This document shows positions 8,321 to 16,392 of a stretch of 55,721 nucleotides of DNA, piece after piece. The stretch's first letter is position 1. Each line of letters starts with the position of its first letter. A program made the translations under genes and the position numbers. The stretch is taken from contig RFGT01000122.1 in NCBI GenBank assembly GCA_003696975.1, positions 1-55,721 on the forward strand, in the 5' to 3' direction. A model generated the notes under the pieces. That model was not told where the DNA came from and did not search any database. It saw only the letters and a list, made by a program, of their open reading frames with translations. This DNA comes from Nitrospirota bacterium. Its GTDB lineage: Bacteria; Nitrospirota; Nitrospiria; Nitrospirales; UBA8639.

Positions 8321-10264
8321 CTACCGTTCATGGACACGAGGAGCTCCCCCAGCCATGGCAGGAGCCATCCCTCCGGGGACATCAACAGGTTCTGAGCGGG
8401 AAATCGGTTTTCCCGGCTCATGCTTCCCTTTGTCACCCATTGTGGCTACCCAGAAAATGAAGGCCACCAACAAGCAAAAGACAAACGTGTTGAGCGACAT
8501 AAACGCGGCGGCATATCCCAGCGCCGGAGAGTAGGCATATTCCGAGGTGTCGCGCATCACACCGTAGATATGCCAGTGGACGCGGGAAGAGGATCGGGCA
8601 TAGCCCATTAGGGACATTAACAGGATCACCATCACAGCGTTCGACACCAAGCAATACCCTGCTCGCACGGGCATTTGGCCCCAGATCATCTCCGCGGTCG
8701 TTTTGGCACTTTTCATCAGCAGTGCGGTCAACGGAGTAAAGGTCAACATAATGAACAAGACAATGAGCACCTGGGCCACCGAGAAGTAATTGATGCGGAT
8801 GATCGCGGGAACAAAATAGCCCCACACGCCAAGGATGATGACCGCAATGCCAGCCAGAATCAGCAGAGCCCCCATGACGGCTTTGGCGAGTCGCGCCCAC
8901 GTGGCGGTCTCTTGCTTGCCTGCACGCCAATACATAATAAAACTCATGAATGTGACCAAGATCATCAGGTTGGACACTGTCATCTTGGCGGACATTACAC
9001 CAAATACCCCAAGCAGGGGATGGTGAGTGCCTCCCATTTTCCTTGCCTCTTCAAGACTTGCCACGAGGGAATGGGGAGTCATCCACACGCCCAGGCAAAC
9101 CATCAGCACAATGAGCATGGCAAGAATGGGCTTTCGGTATTGGTGCTCAGCGCCGGGGATTCGGTGTGTGATCCCCATCCAGAAATAATAGTTGGCCCCT
9201 AGGAACAATACGCCGATCAGCATAGCCTGGAGAATGAAGAGCCACGCCAGGAATCCACCCATGAGGGTAATCCCCATCTGCTGATTGTATTGATAGATTT
9301 CGCGCATCAGCCAGTAGCCTGCGAAGGGCAGCGGGAGCATCCCAAAGACCCCAATAAAATTCCCGACATAGCCCATCCAGTCATAGTGCTCTCGCTCTTC
9401 GCGAGACCCCGCCAAGAGGTACCGAATACCCGCATAGGCTCCGCAAATGAATCCCCCTAATACCACATTCGCGATCAAGCGATGAATATTGACCGGCCAC
9501 CAGGTAGGATTCCAGGTGGCGGCCCAGGCCTTTTCGATCGCGGTTCCTTCCGCGATTACCACGGGGCTCGCCTGAAAGGTAGCCCATGCGTTGGGGACGA
9601 TCATGATGAAAAAGGCGAAAATATTAAGCAAGAATCCGAGAACGAGGTGGAACCCCTTTTTGTTCCCCTGCATGGCATCCCATCCGTACCAGTACAGATA
9701 CAGGGTGGCCGTTTCCAACAAGAACAAGATGCAATACACGATAAATGACGGGAAAAAGATGTCGGTGAGATAGGCCATGAGCTTGGGATAAAACCCGATC
9801 AACAAAAACAGCAAGATCCCCCCAAACAATGCTGTCGTGGCATAGGCCGACGTCAACAATTTGGTAAATTCTTTCGCGAGCTTGTCATATCGAGGATCTT
9901 TGGTTTTCCAACCTACCAACTCACATACCCAGGCAAAAATGGGAACTCCCAGCACAAATCCAGCCAACAAGAGATGTTGCTGCGCGATGACCCAGATAAT
10001 ATTGCGACTTCCCAAGCCCGGAATATCGCGATATTCGACACTCATTGCCTTTTCCGCTCCGCTCTGCGCCATGGCAACCGCGGAAAGCACAAAGAGAGCG
10101 CCCACCACTATCACAAGCCCGAGAATGAGGCTGCCTCTCCCTGATGGCATCCAGTGTCTCCAGCTAGTCCTTGCATTGTCCTGGTCCATATCGCCTTCCC
10201 TCATAGGCATGGAACCGTTAATGCTCATGATTGCCATGACTATGGTCATCATGAGAGTGGGCAT
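8321..10264 (-). CDS. cytochrome bd-like oxidase, CydA (subunit I) homologue, extended form (paralogue A)
   Basis: CydA-like landmarks are present: AQQHLLLAGF (TM1 His), FLLETATLYLYWYGW (TM3 Glu), NIHRLIANV (TM5 His). I count about 13-14 hydrophobic segments by eye, against 9 in canonical CydA. The Q-loop looks collapsed. The start is uncertain: 10264 overlaps the upstream gene, and alternative ATGs exist, e.g. 10210. Confidence 0.8.
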   Translation of the reverse strand: MPTLMMTIVMAIMSINGSMPMREGDMDQDNARTSWRHWMPSGRGSLILGLVIVVGALFVLSAVAMAQSGAEKAMSVEYRDIPGLGSRNIIWVIAQQHLLLAGFVLGVPIFAWVCELVGWKTKDPRYDKLAKEFTKLLTSAYATTALFGGILLFLLIGFYPKLMAYLTDIFFPSFIVYCILFLLETATLYLYWYGWDAMQGNKKGFHLVLGFLLNIFAFFIMIVPNAWATFQASPVVIAEGTAIEKAWAATWNPTWWPVNIHRLIANVVLGGFICGAYAGIRYLLAGSREEREHYDWMGYVGNFIGVFGMLPLPFAGYWLMREIYQYNQQMGITLMGGFLAWLFILQAMLIGVLFLGANYYFWMGITHRIPGAEHQYRKPILAMLIVLMVCLGVWMTPHSLVASLEEARKMGGTHHPLLGVFGVMSAKMTVSNLMILVTFMSFIMYWRAGKQETATWARLAKAVMGALLILAGIAVIILGVWGYFVPAIIRINYFSVAQVLIVLFIMLTFTPLTALLMKSAKTTAEMIWGQMPVRAGYCLVSNAVMVILLMSLMGYARSSSRVHWHIYGVMRDTSEYAYSPALGYAAAFMSLNTFVFCLLVAFIFWVATMGDKGKHEPGKPISRSEPVDVPGGMAPAMAGGAPRVHER

Positions 10265-11159
10265 CTGGCGTGGCAGACATCGATGTCTGCTGCGCTGCTC
10301 CTTCCACCGCGGAGGAGCGAGATGATTGGGCTGATTCAGCTTTGCTTCTTCCTCCTGATGAGGAGGCCTGCTCCTTCGTCAACTCTTCTAAGGTTAGCTC
10401 AGCTTGCGCGATGACTTGTTCTGCCTTGGTAATCACTTCCTTGGGATTGACCGGTTTCTCTTTTTTGGCCACATGGACAAATTCGTAGTCTTCATGGGGA
10501 TGAGGAGTGCTGACAGGCAAGAACCCCCAAAATAGCAAGATCAAGACTGTCCCCACCCCTACAAACGCTGTCAACATAAGCGGTTGATCCGAAGGAATTC
10601 TGAGCAGATCCCAGCGATAGACGACCTCTTGTAATGGCCCTTCTACTGGCTGTCCAGCACGAACGTGACGGTTGGCCAGAAGCCCCAACCCATACAACCA
10701 TCCCATTAACATAAGGAGAAATACCACAGCCGCGACACTCCCCCAGAGGGTCAGCTCCAAGGCAATTTGTTCGGCAATAGGGAGAGCCGGTATCACACTT
10801 TCTTTAAGAAACGCGACAAAGCTCTTGGCCACCGATTCAGCGGTATGAGCTACCCCCCCTATCACAAGATACATAACCGGGAGATAGACAACACTCCACA
10901 GGGCCCATTGCCACCAGAGGGTTACCCCAAGTTGCGCGGGAGGTTCGATTCTCAATCGCTCAAGAAATACGGTCCTGGCGCATAATCCCAATGCCCATAT
11001 ATCGATAGGAATTGACACGAGCAACAGAATTGCCAATCCCAATCCTTCCCACGGATGCAGACCGGCAGCTAATAGAAGCAACGCAATGGCCAGCTTGAGT
11101 GGAAATCCTGTCCAGAAGGTCGGCCAGACAATTAACAAGCCTAGCTTGATGTTTCCCAT
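10218..11159 (-). CDS. polytopic membrane protein of unknown function with His-rich C-terminal tail
   Basis: About 6 hydrophobic segments are followed by a helical/disordered soluble tail ending in PDAHSHDDHSHGNHEH. I recognise no family. It lies between the cytochrome b gene and bd-like paralogue A, with a 13-nt gap on the upstream side. Confidence 0.6.
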   Translation of the reverse strand: MGNIKLGLLIVWPTFWTGFPLKLAIALLLLAAGLHPWEGLGLAILLLVSIPIDIWALGLCARTVFLERLRIEPPAQLGVTLWWQWALWSVVYLPVMYLVIGGVAHTAESVAKSFVAFLKESVIPALPIAEQIALELTLWGSVAAVVFLLMLMGWLYGLGLLANRHVRAGQPVEGPLQEVVYRWDLLRIPSDQPLMLTAFVGVGTVLILLFWGFLPVSTPHPHEDYEFVHVAKKEKPVNPKEVITKAEQVIAQAELTLEELTKEQASSSGGRSKAESAQSSRSSAVEGAAQQTSMSATPDAHSHDDHSHGNHEH

Positions 11160-11172
11160 CAGCCCGTTTTGA

Positions 11173-12285
11173 TTACTCCAGAAATTCGCGATTGATAATC
11201 GCCGACACGGTGAACACCAAAATACCTGTCATCACCACAATCCAGCCAATCAACGCCACCGGCCGTTTAAAAATATTGCGTTCAGGACTCCGGTCAATAA
11301 AGGGAAGCGCAGCCAGAAACGCCAAAAATGCTCCGGGGATGGCCACAGCACCAAGAAATTGTCCAAATTCTCCGGAAAAAACTTTCAGGCGCAACATTTG
11401 GAACAAAAACAAAAAGTACCATTCCGGTTCAGGATGATAATCCCCGGGATCCGGTGTAGCTTCTTCAAGCAACGTCACCGGCTCAATAAATGCCAGCGTG
11501 CAAACAATAAGAAATACCGTGGCCATTGCCACAATATCTTTCCAGACTTGCCGCGGAAAAAAATAATCCGTCTTTGCCTTTAACTCTTCCGGCGTCCCTC
11601 GAAACGGACCGGCTGGACCAGCTTTTCTGAATAAAAACAGATGCAATCCCGCTAGTCCCATCAAGGCTGCGGGAAGAATCATGACATGAATTACGAAAAA
11701 CCGGCTCAACGTCATTTGTCCTGGGGTCGGCCCCCCTTTCAAAAACCGGCTCAAGAAATCCCCAATGAGCGGGGTCTTGTCCATAATCTCCACACCAACC
11801 ACGGTTGCCCAGTAGGCGCGTTGATCCCATGGAAGCAAGTACCCGGTAAACCCAAAGGCCATCACTAATCCAAATAAGGCTAACCCCACTAGCCAAATCA
11901 GCTCCCGCGGTTTCTTATAGGCACCCCAGAGAAAGACTTGAGACATATGGGCATACACCATCACCACCATGGCTGAAGAGCCCCAAAAATGGTAGCTCAA
12001 TAGAAACCACCCGTAATCCACTTCATGAATAATGTATTGCGTGCTGGCATAGGCATGATCTGTACTGGGCACATAGTAAAACATCAAGAGAATGCCGGTA
12101 ATCGCCTGCATAATAAAGATAAAAAGCAGACACGAGCCAAATACATACGCCCAACGCGACCCGCCAGGAACGGGTTCATTCAACATCTTGGCTTGAATTG
12201 TCTTCAAGCCGACCCGTTCATCGACAAAGTCGACAACTTTTTCGAAGAGGCTTTTTTCAGCGATGTCAGCCTTGCCATTCATCAC
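11173..12285 (-). CDS. cytochrome b (fused b6-like N-terminal part plus subunit-IV-like C-terminal part)
   Basis: Two bis-His pairs are present on the B and D helices (HFWGSSAMVVMVYAH; HVMILPAALMGLAGLH). The PEWY Qo motif is present (PEPEWYFLF), as is a typical N-terminal region (WAYVFGSCLLFIFIMQAITGILLMFYYVPS). Confidence 0.9.
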   Translation of the reverse strand: MMNGKADIAEKSLFEKVVDFVDERVGLKTIQAKMLNEPVPGGSRWAYVFGSCLLFIFIMQAITGILLMFYYVPSTDHAYASTQYIIHEVDYGWFLLSYHFWGSSAMVVMVYAHMSQVFLWGAYKKPRELIWLVGLALFGLVMAFGFTGYLLPWDQRAYWATVVGVEIMDKTPLIGDFLSRFLKGGPTPGQMTLSRFFVIHVMILPAALMGLAGLHLFLFRKAGPAGPFRGTPEELKAKTDYFFPRQVWKDIVAMATVFLIVCTLAFIEPVTLLEEATPDPGDYHPEPEWYFLFLFQMLRLKVFSGEFGQFLGAVAIPGAFLAFLAALPFIDRSPERNIFKRPVALIGWIVVMTGILVFTVSAIINREFLE

Positions 12286-12313
12286 GATTGCTCAGTCGCC
12301 CTTAAAATTTCTC

Positions 12314-13258
12314 CTACAAGAGCCGAATCTGATCCTTCACCCCTGCCTTGTATTCAATGTCGATCACCTTGATCTCACCTGCCGCATCAACTTTCATGGG
12401 CAGCACATCCAAAGGCCGGGGAGCTGGCCCATCCAGCACTCTTCCTGCCGCGTCATAAATACTCAAGTGGCAGGGGCACAAAAATACTCCATCAGGAAAA
12501 TTCTTGGTTCGGCGCCACTTGTAGCCACATCCCAGATGGGGACACTTCCCTGAATATCCTATATACGGAGCAGTAGCCTTGTTGACCCAGATGACATTGC
12601 CCTTTTCATCGTAAAATTTTTTATCTTTCCCTCCATAGACCGCTTGTTGGATCTCAGGCGTGGCCTTGACTACCCAAACATTTTTCTCAATCTTCTGTTC
12701 CGGCATGAAGGCTTCTTTCAATCCCCGAATAAATTTAAACTGATACCCAATTCCCTCTTTTTTGATCTTTTGAACATTGCCAACAGAAAACCAAGAATTG
12801 TCGAACGGCCGATACATTGGCTTCATCAGATACTTCAGGACCGGATACACCAAAGGAAGGGCAATCAAGGCGCCAATAGCCTGAGTCATATTGGCAAAAA
12901 AAGTTCGCCGGGGAACATCACGTTCCAATTTGGGGAACGGCACTAAAACTTCGCCAGGCTCCACGTGCAATCGATCTTCCAAATGCGCAATCTCCACATC
13001 TTTGATGGTGACATATTCGTCTCGCTTCAGAACCGGAAACTGCTGGAAATCAGCAGCGGTACACCGCAAGAGGATTTCTTCTTCGTTGACAACTTGCTGA
13101 ATTTCCCTGACAGGAACCTGTCGCTCATATCCTTGACCATTGGCCTCCTTTACCACCACATGACTGACTTCATGCGACAAGGGATCGACAATAACCTTAG
13201 AGATACGGCCGACTTCTCTGTCAGCGCACCTGGCTTTCGCGGTAATTTTGGGCTGCAT
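12314..13258 (-). CDS. Rieske [2Fe-2S] protein with N-terminal PRC-barrel-like extension
   Basis: Rieske boxes CPHLGC and CPCH are present. A twin-arginine-like anchor PRRTFFANMTQAIGALIALPLV sits at about residue 116. It is preceded by about 110 aa resembling a PRC barrel (REVGRISKVIVDPLSHEVSHVVVKE ... QVPVREIQ). An in-frame TTG at 12928 would give a conventional short Rieske protein. Confidence 0.85.
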   Translation of the reverse strand: MQPKITAKARCADREVGRISKVIVDPLSHEVSHVVVKEANGQGYERQVPVREIQQVVNEEEILLRCTAADFQQFPVLKRDEYVTIKDVEIAHLEDRLHVEPGEVLVPFPKLERDVPRRTFFANMTQAIGALIALPLVYPVLKYLMKPMYRPFDNSWFSVGNVQKIKKEGIGYQFKFIRGLKEAFMPEQKIEKNVWVVKATPEIQQAVYGGKDKKFYDEKGNVIWVNKATAPYIGYSGKCPHLGCGYKWRRTKNFPDGVFLCPCHLSIYDAAGRVLDGPAPRPLDVLPMKVDAAGEIKVIDIEYKAGVKDQIRLL

Positions 13259-13299
13259 ATGACAAGCACCACTCCATCAAGTCGGGCAAGTCCAGCGAA

Positions 13300-14124
13300 T
13301 TATTGCATTTTAATGGGACGGGGTGTATTGACTGACGTATCTTTTAGCGTTGAAAGAAAAGCCACCAAGGCGTCAATTTCTTCCGGGAACATGAGGTCCT
13401 TATATTTATTAGGCATCTTGCCTTTTTTGTATGCCTTTTCGAAGCCCTCAGCCATCCAACTCTTAGGATTAAGGATCTTCTGGCGGATCTGTTCCGGCGT
13501 CATGAGATTACCGATATTGTCCAAAGCAGGCCCTCGTTTTTTCCCACCCTGCCCAAACAACTTATGGCAGTTGTAACACTCCTGAAGTTCCCATTGTTCG
13601 CGTCCTAAGGCAACCAGATCACCGGATGTCGCAGACGACGTGGGACTACTGGCCTCAGTTTCTACTTTTACTTTGGCCACAACTTTTGCCCCTCCGCCTA
13701 AGGCAGCGAGTTGTTTGGCAATGGCTTGAGCCTTTTCGTCGAGCGCTTTCGCGCGCGCCAACAGTTCTTCCACTTTACCCTGCTTGGTTCGCGCCCGCCT
13801 GGCTTTCAGCAATTTCTCGATTTTCCCTTTTTCGACTTCTGGGTCATATTGCGGCAACCACGTGGCTCCGGCAATATAGACGCCCGAAATAATCACGTAA
13901 AATAGGATAAGCCCTACTACAGCCTTTGAGCCTTCCAGTCGCTTCATGGACGGGGCGTCCAAGAGAATAAAGACAAACGCTCCAAGCATGGCGTATATGA
14001 AAAACATGACCTGGAAGACTGGCGGGAAATGCGTGAGTTTCGCCACGACGACCAGCACAATTCCCACCAGAACCCCAAAGACCAGTTTCTTAACCACGAC
14101 TCTGGCAAATCCGTTCTGAACCAT
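13300..14124 (-). CDS. membrane-anchored monohaem c-type cytochrome with coiled-coil spacer
   Basis: The longest ORF (to 14226) overlaps the upstream gene. An ATG at 14124 (MVQNGFARV) lies 20 nt after the upstream stop. The protein has three hydrophobic segments, a Lys/Ala-rich helix, then CYNCH. Confidence 0.8.
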   Translation of the reverse strand: MVQNGFARVVVKKLVFGVLVGIVLVVVAKLTHFPPVFQVMFFIYAMLGAFVFILLDAPSMKRLEGSKAVVGLILFYVIISGVYIAGATWLPQYDPEVEKGKIEKLLKARRARTKQGKVEELLARAKALDEKAQAIAKQLAALGGGAKVVAKVKVETEASSPTSSATSGDLVALGREQWELQECYNCHKLFGQGGKKRGPALDNIGNLMTPEQIRQKILNPKSWMAEGFEKAYKKGKMPNKYKDLMFPEEIDALVAFLSTLKDTSVNTPRPIKMQ

Positions 14125-14143
14125 ACGTGCTTTTCTCCAACAC

Positions 14144-15895
14144 TTACTCCGCTCCGGCCGGAACAGGAGCCCCTGGTGCGACAGGCGATTTCGCCTCCGA
14201 CGCCCGCAGGGTGATGAGAATGGCAAAACTCACAACAATATAAAAAATCAGCGTCAATCCCGTAATCCACCACGCGGAGTAGGCCAACGTAGGCGTATAC
14301 GATTCAGCCGTGAAGTCCGGCAATAGATTGTACACGTGATAATATTTCCTCGTTAATGATCGTACTGCTCCCATCAATCCCATCGTCCAAATAGCACTGA
14401 ATGCCAGAAACACCAGCACGAACTGAGAAGCAAAATCGATCTTCCCCCAAATAATCGTGCCCCGGCGAATAGCGCGATTGTATAAGATATAGTTGACAAC
14501 CGTGAGAAATACCAGCGTAAATGCCGCCGCATTCTTGGCTGGCATGAGCGCGAGCTCGCTTGCCCACGAAGGCAACTCCAACTCCTCCGTGGCCAAAGCC
14601 TGGGTAGCCACAAATCCATGGGGGGTCATCCAGATGGCATTAGCCACCACAATCATGAAGAAGCCCACCTTGATCATGGTAAATGACGAAACAGTAAAGT
14701 TTCTTAACCCAGGTAGCTTGCTCAGCACCGGAGGAAGAATAACAAGTAAAGCCAACACGATCAGCGATTGCCACTCCGGAGGCGGAAACACTTTCCATGT
14801 GAACCCCATGATCGCCGGCATTCCAATAACCGCCACTACGACAAGTCCGGAAATACGCACCCGTTCGACTCCCTCAATCCGCTTCATGCTCAGCCAGATA
14901 TAGTAATTACTGGCCAAAAAGATCAGCCCCACCATTGCCCCTTGCATTTCAAAGAACATGGACAGTTGATCGGCCATCATGTAGGGACAGATGGAGGCGT
15001 CATAGTCACACAATTCATACGCCAGCAAATATCCCATGAATGGGAGCAAGAGCAAGGCCCCAACTCCAATGAGATTTCCCACGAATCCCATCCAATCGTA
15101 ATAGGAACGCTCTTCGTCTGATTTGGCCCCCATGTACATGTAGGCGGCAATCAGTCCGGCAATGAATCCTCCAAACGTTACGTTACCCACCAAGCGGTGG
15201 AGGTTGAGCGGCATCCAACTATAGTTGGCCATCTTGTCCCACAGTCCAGCCGACTGGATGAACTCGACCAGCGAAATCCCTTCTGCGGATTTCGCTGGTG
15301 TATTCATAAACGCCGTCGGCCCGTCAATGACGAACAACGTCAGAGTTCCTATGAGATTTAACAATACACCAAGGGCGATATGACGAGCTTTCTTCTCCCC
15401 TTTCAAGGAATCCCAGGTATAGAAATAGGTGTACAGCACAATCGTCTCGGCAATAAACAAAACCGGATAAATCAAGGCAAACACTAAGAAGAAATGCTTG
15501 ATGAGCCAAGTGGTAAAATCGGGATACGTTGCCAGTAAGACAAAGATGAACAACCCGCCCGTCAACGCCGTCATGCTGTAGAGGATGACCGTGACTTTTG
15601 TCACTTCTTTGGCTAATCGATCATATTTGGGATCACGATTCCGATAGCCCAACCACTCAGACACAACCGCAAAAATCGGAGCGCCCAAGATGAACGCCGC
15701 AAACAAGATGTGAAGCTGCGCCACAATCCATACCCCTGTCCGATTCCCGGTATACGGAAATTCGCTTGGTGGGGGTTCCGGAACCTGAGCATACACTGCC
15801 CCTATGCTTCCGAGCACAAGGAGCCCCATCATTATTCCTAGCAGGAGGCTACGCGTCATTGTTCTCAAGGGTTGTGGCCCTCCTTCTCTTCTCAC
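14144..15895 (-). CDS. cytochrome bd-like oxidase, CydA homologue (paralogue B)
   Basis: It carries the same landmarks as paralogue A (VAQLHILFAAF, FIAETIVLYTYFYTW, NLHRLVGNV, WMTPH). It lacks the extra His clusters of A. The start is uncertain (GTG 15895, TTG about 15868 or ATG 15859; a GGAGG lies between them). Confidence 0.8.
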   Translation of the reverse strand: MRREGGPQPLRTMTRSLLLGIMMGLLVLGSIGAVYAQVPEPPPSEFPYTGNRTGVWIVAQLHILFAAFILGAPIFAVVSEWLGYRNRDPKYDRLAKEVTKVTVILYSMTALTGGLFIFVLLATYPDFTTWLIKHFFLVFALIYPVLFIAETIVLYTYFYTWDSLKGEKKARHIALGVLLNLIGTLTLFVIDGPTAFMNTPAKSAEGISLVEFIQSAGLWDKMANYSWMPLNLHRLVGNVTFGGFIAGLIAAYMYMGAKSDEERSYYDWMGFVGNLIGVGALLLLPFMGYLLAYELCDYDASICPYMMADQLSMFFEMQGAMVGLIFLASNYYIWLSMKRIEGVERVRISGLVVVAVIGMPAIMGFTWKVFPPPEWQSLIVLALLVILPPVLSKLPGLRNFTVSSFTMIKVGFFMIVVANAIWMTPHGFVATQALATEELELPSWASELALMPAKNAAAFTLVFLTVVNYILYNRAIRRGTIIWGKIDFASQFVLVFLAFSAIWTMGLMGAVRSLTRKYYHVYNLLPDFTAESYTPTLAYSAWWITGLTLIFYIVVSFAILITLRASEAKSPVAPGAPVPAGAE

Positions 15896-15912
15896 ATGAC
15901 CTAGATTGAGAC

Positions 15913-16392
15913 TTAATCGTTGTCAGGAACCCATGCTTTTTTCTCGGGATCGTATTTCAAGCCCTTCAAGCCAAAGGTCGCTTCATAGGCAATCACTTTC
16001 CAGCGTTCATCTTCCGAAAGCTTTGTTTTCCAAGGCTTCATTTTCGTGCCTTTCACCCCTTCGGAAACACGCCAAAACCATTGAGAATCTGAAAAGAGTT
16101 TCATGTGCTCCGTTTGGCGGAAATCTCGGGCGCCCGCCTTCACAGGTTTTCCATCTTTTCCATGACAGCTTGCACAATTGACGTCGATATTCTGGGCCCC
16201 CGTGAAGATGGCTCTCCCCTCTTCTATGATTTTGGGATTATTCCAATAATCCGGCGGCATATGTTTGTCCGCATACTCTGGTGGCGGCGGTGGCGGCGGT
16301 GGCGGCGGGCCAGCCTCACCGCAAGCCGAAAGGGCGAACCCAACAAGGCCAAGTGCAACCATCATGTAGAGACGTCTTCCCCTGTTTCCCAT
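15913..16392 (-). CDS. lipoprotein-type monohaem c-type cytochrome with poly-proline tether
   Basis: It has a signal peptide with lipobox (GFALSAC), a run of ten Pro, then CASCH. A GGAAGGAG Shine-Dalgarno lies about 13 nt upstream of the ATG. It is the first gene of the respiratory operon. Confidence 0.8.
   Translation of the reverse strand: MGNRGRRLYMMVALGLVGFALSACGEAGPPPPPPPPPPEYADKHMPPDYWNNPKIIEEGRAIFTGAQNIDVNCASCHGKDGKPVKAGARDFRQTEHMKLFSDSQWFWRVSEGVKGTKMKPWKTKLSEDERWKVIAYEATFGLKGLKYDPEKKAWVPDND
16280..16306 (-). repeat. perfect 3 x 9-nt tandem repeat (GGTGGCGGC)3 encoding the Pro10 linker
   Basis: Read directly: ggtggcggc ggtggcggc ggtggcggc. It lies inside CDS 15913-16392. Confidence 0.9.

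Noticed and set aside
7584-10325. Several plus-strand ORFs of 130-175 aa (7584-8102, 7912-8319, 8675-9202, 9861-10325) inside the oxidase operon.
   Set aside because: They are antisense to cytochrome c and bd-like genes. Their translations are not hydrophobic or haem-motif-bearing and are rich in Arg, His and Pro.
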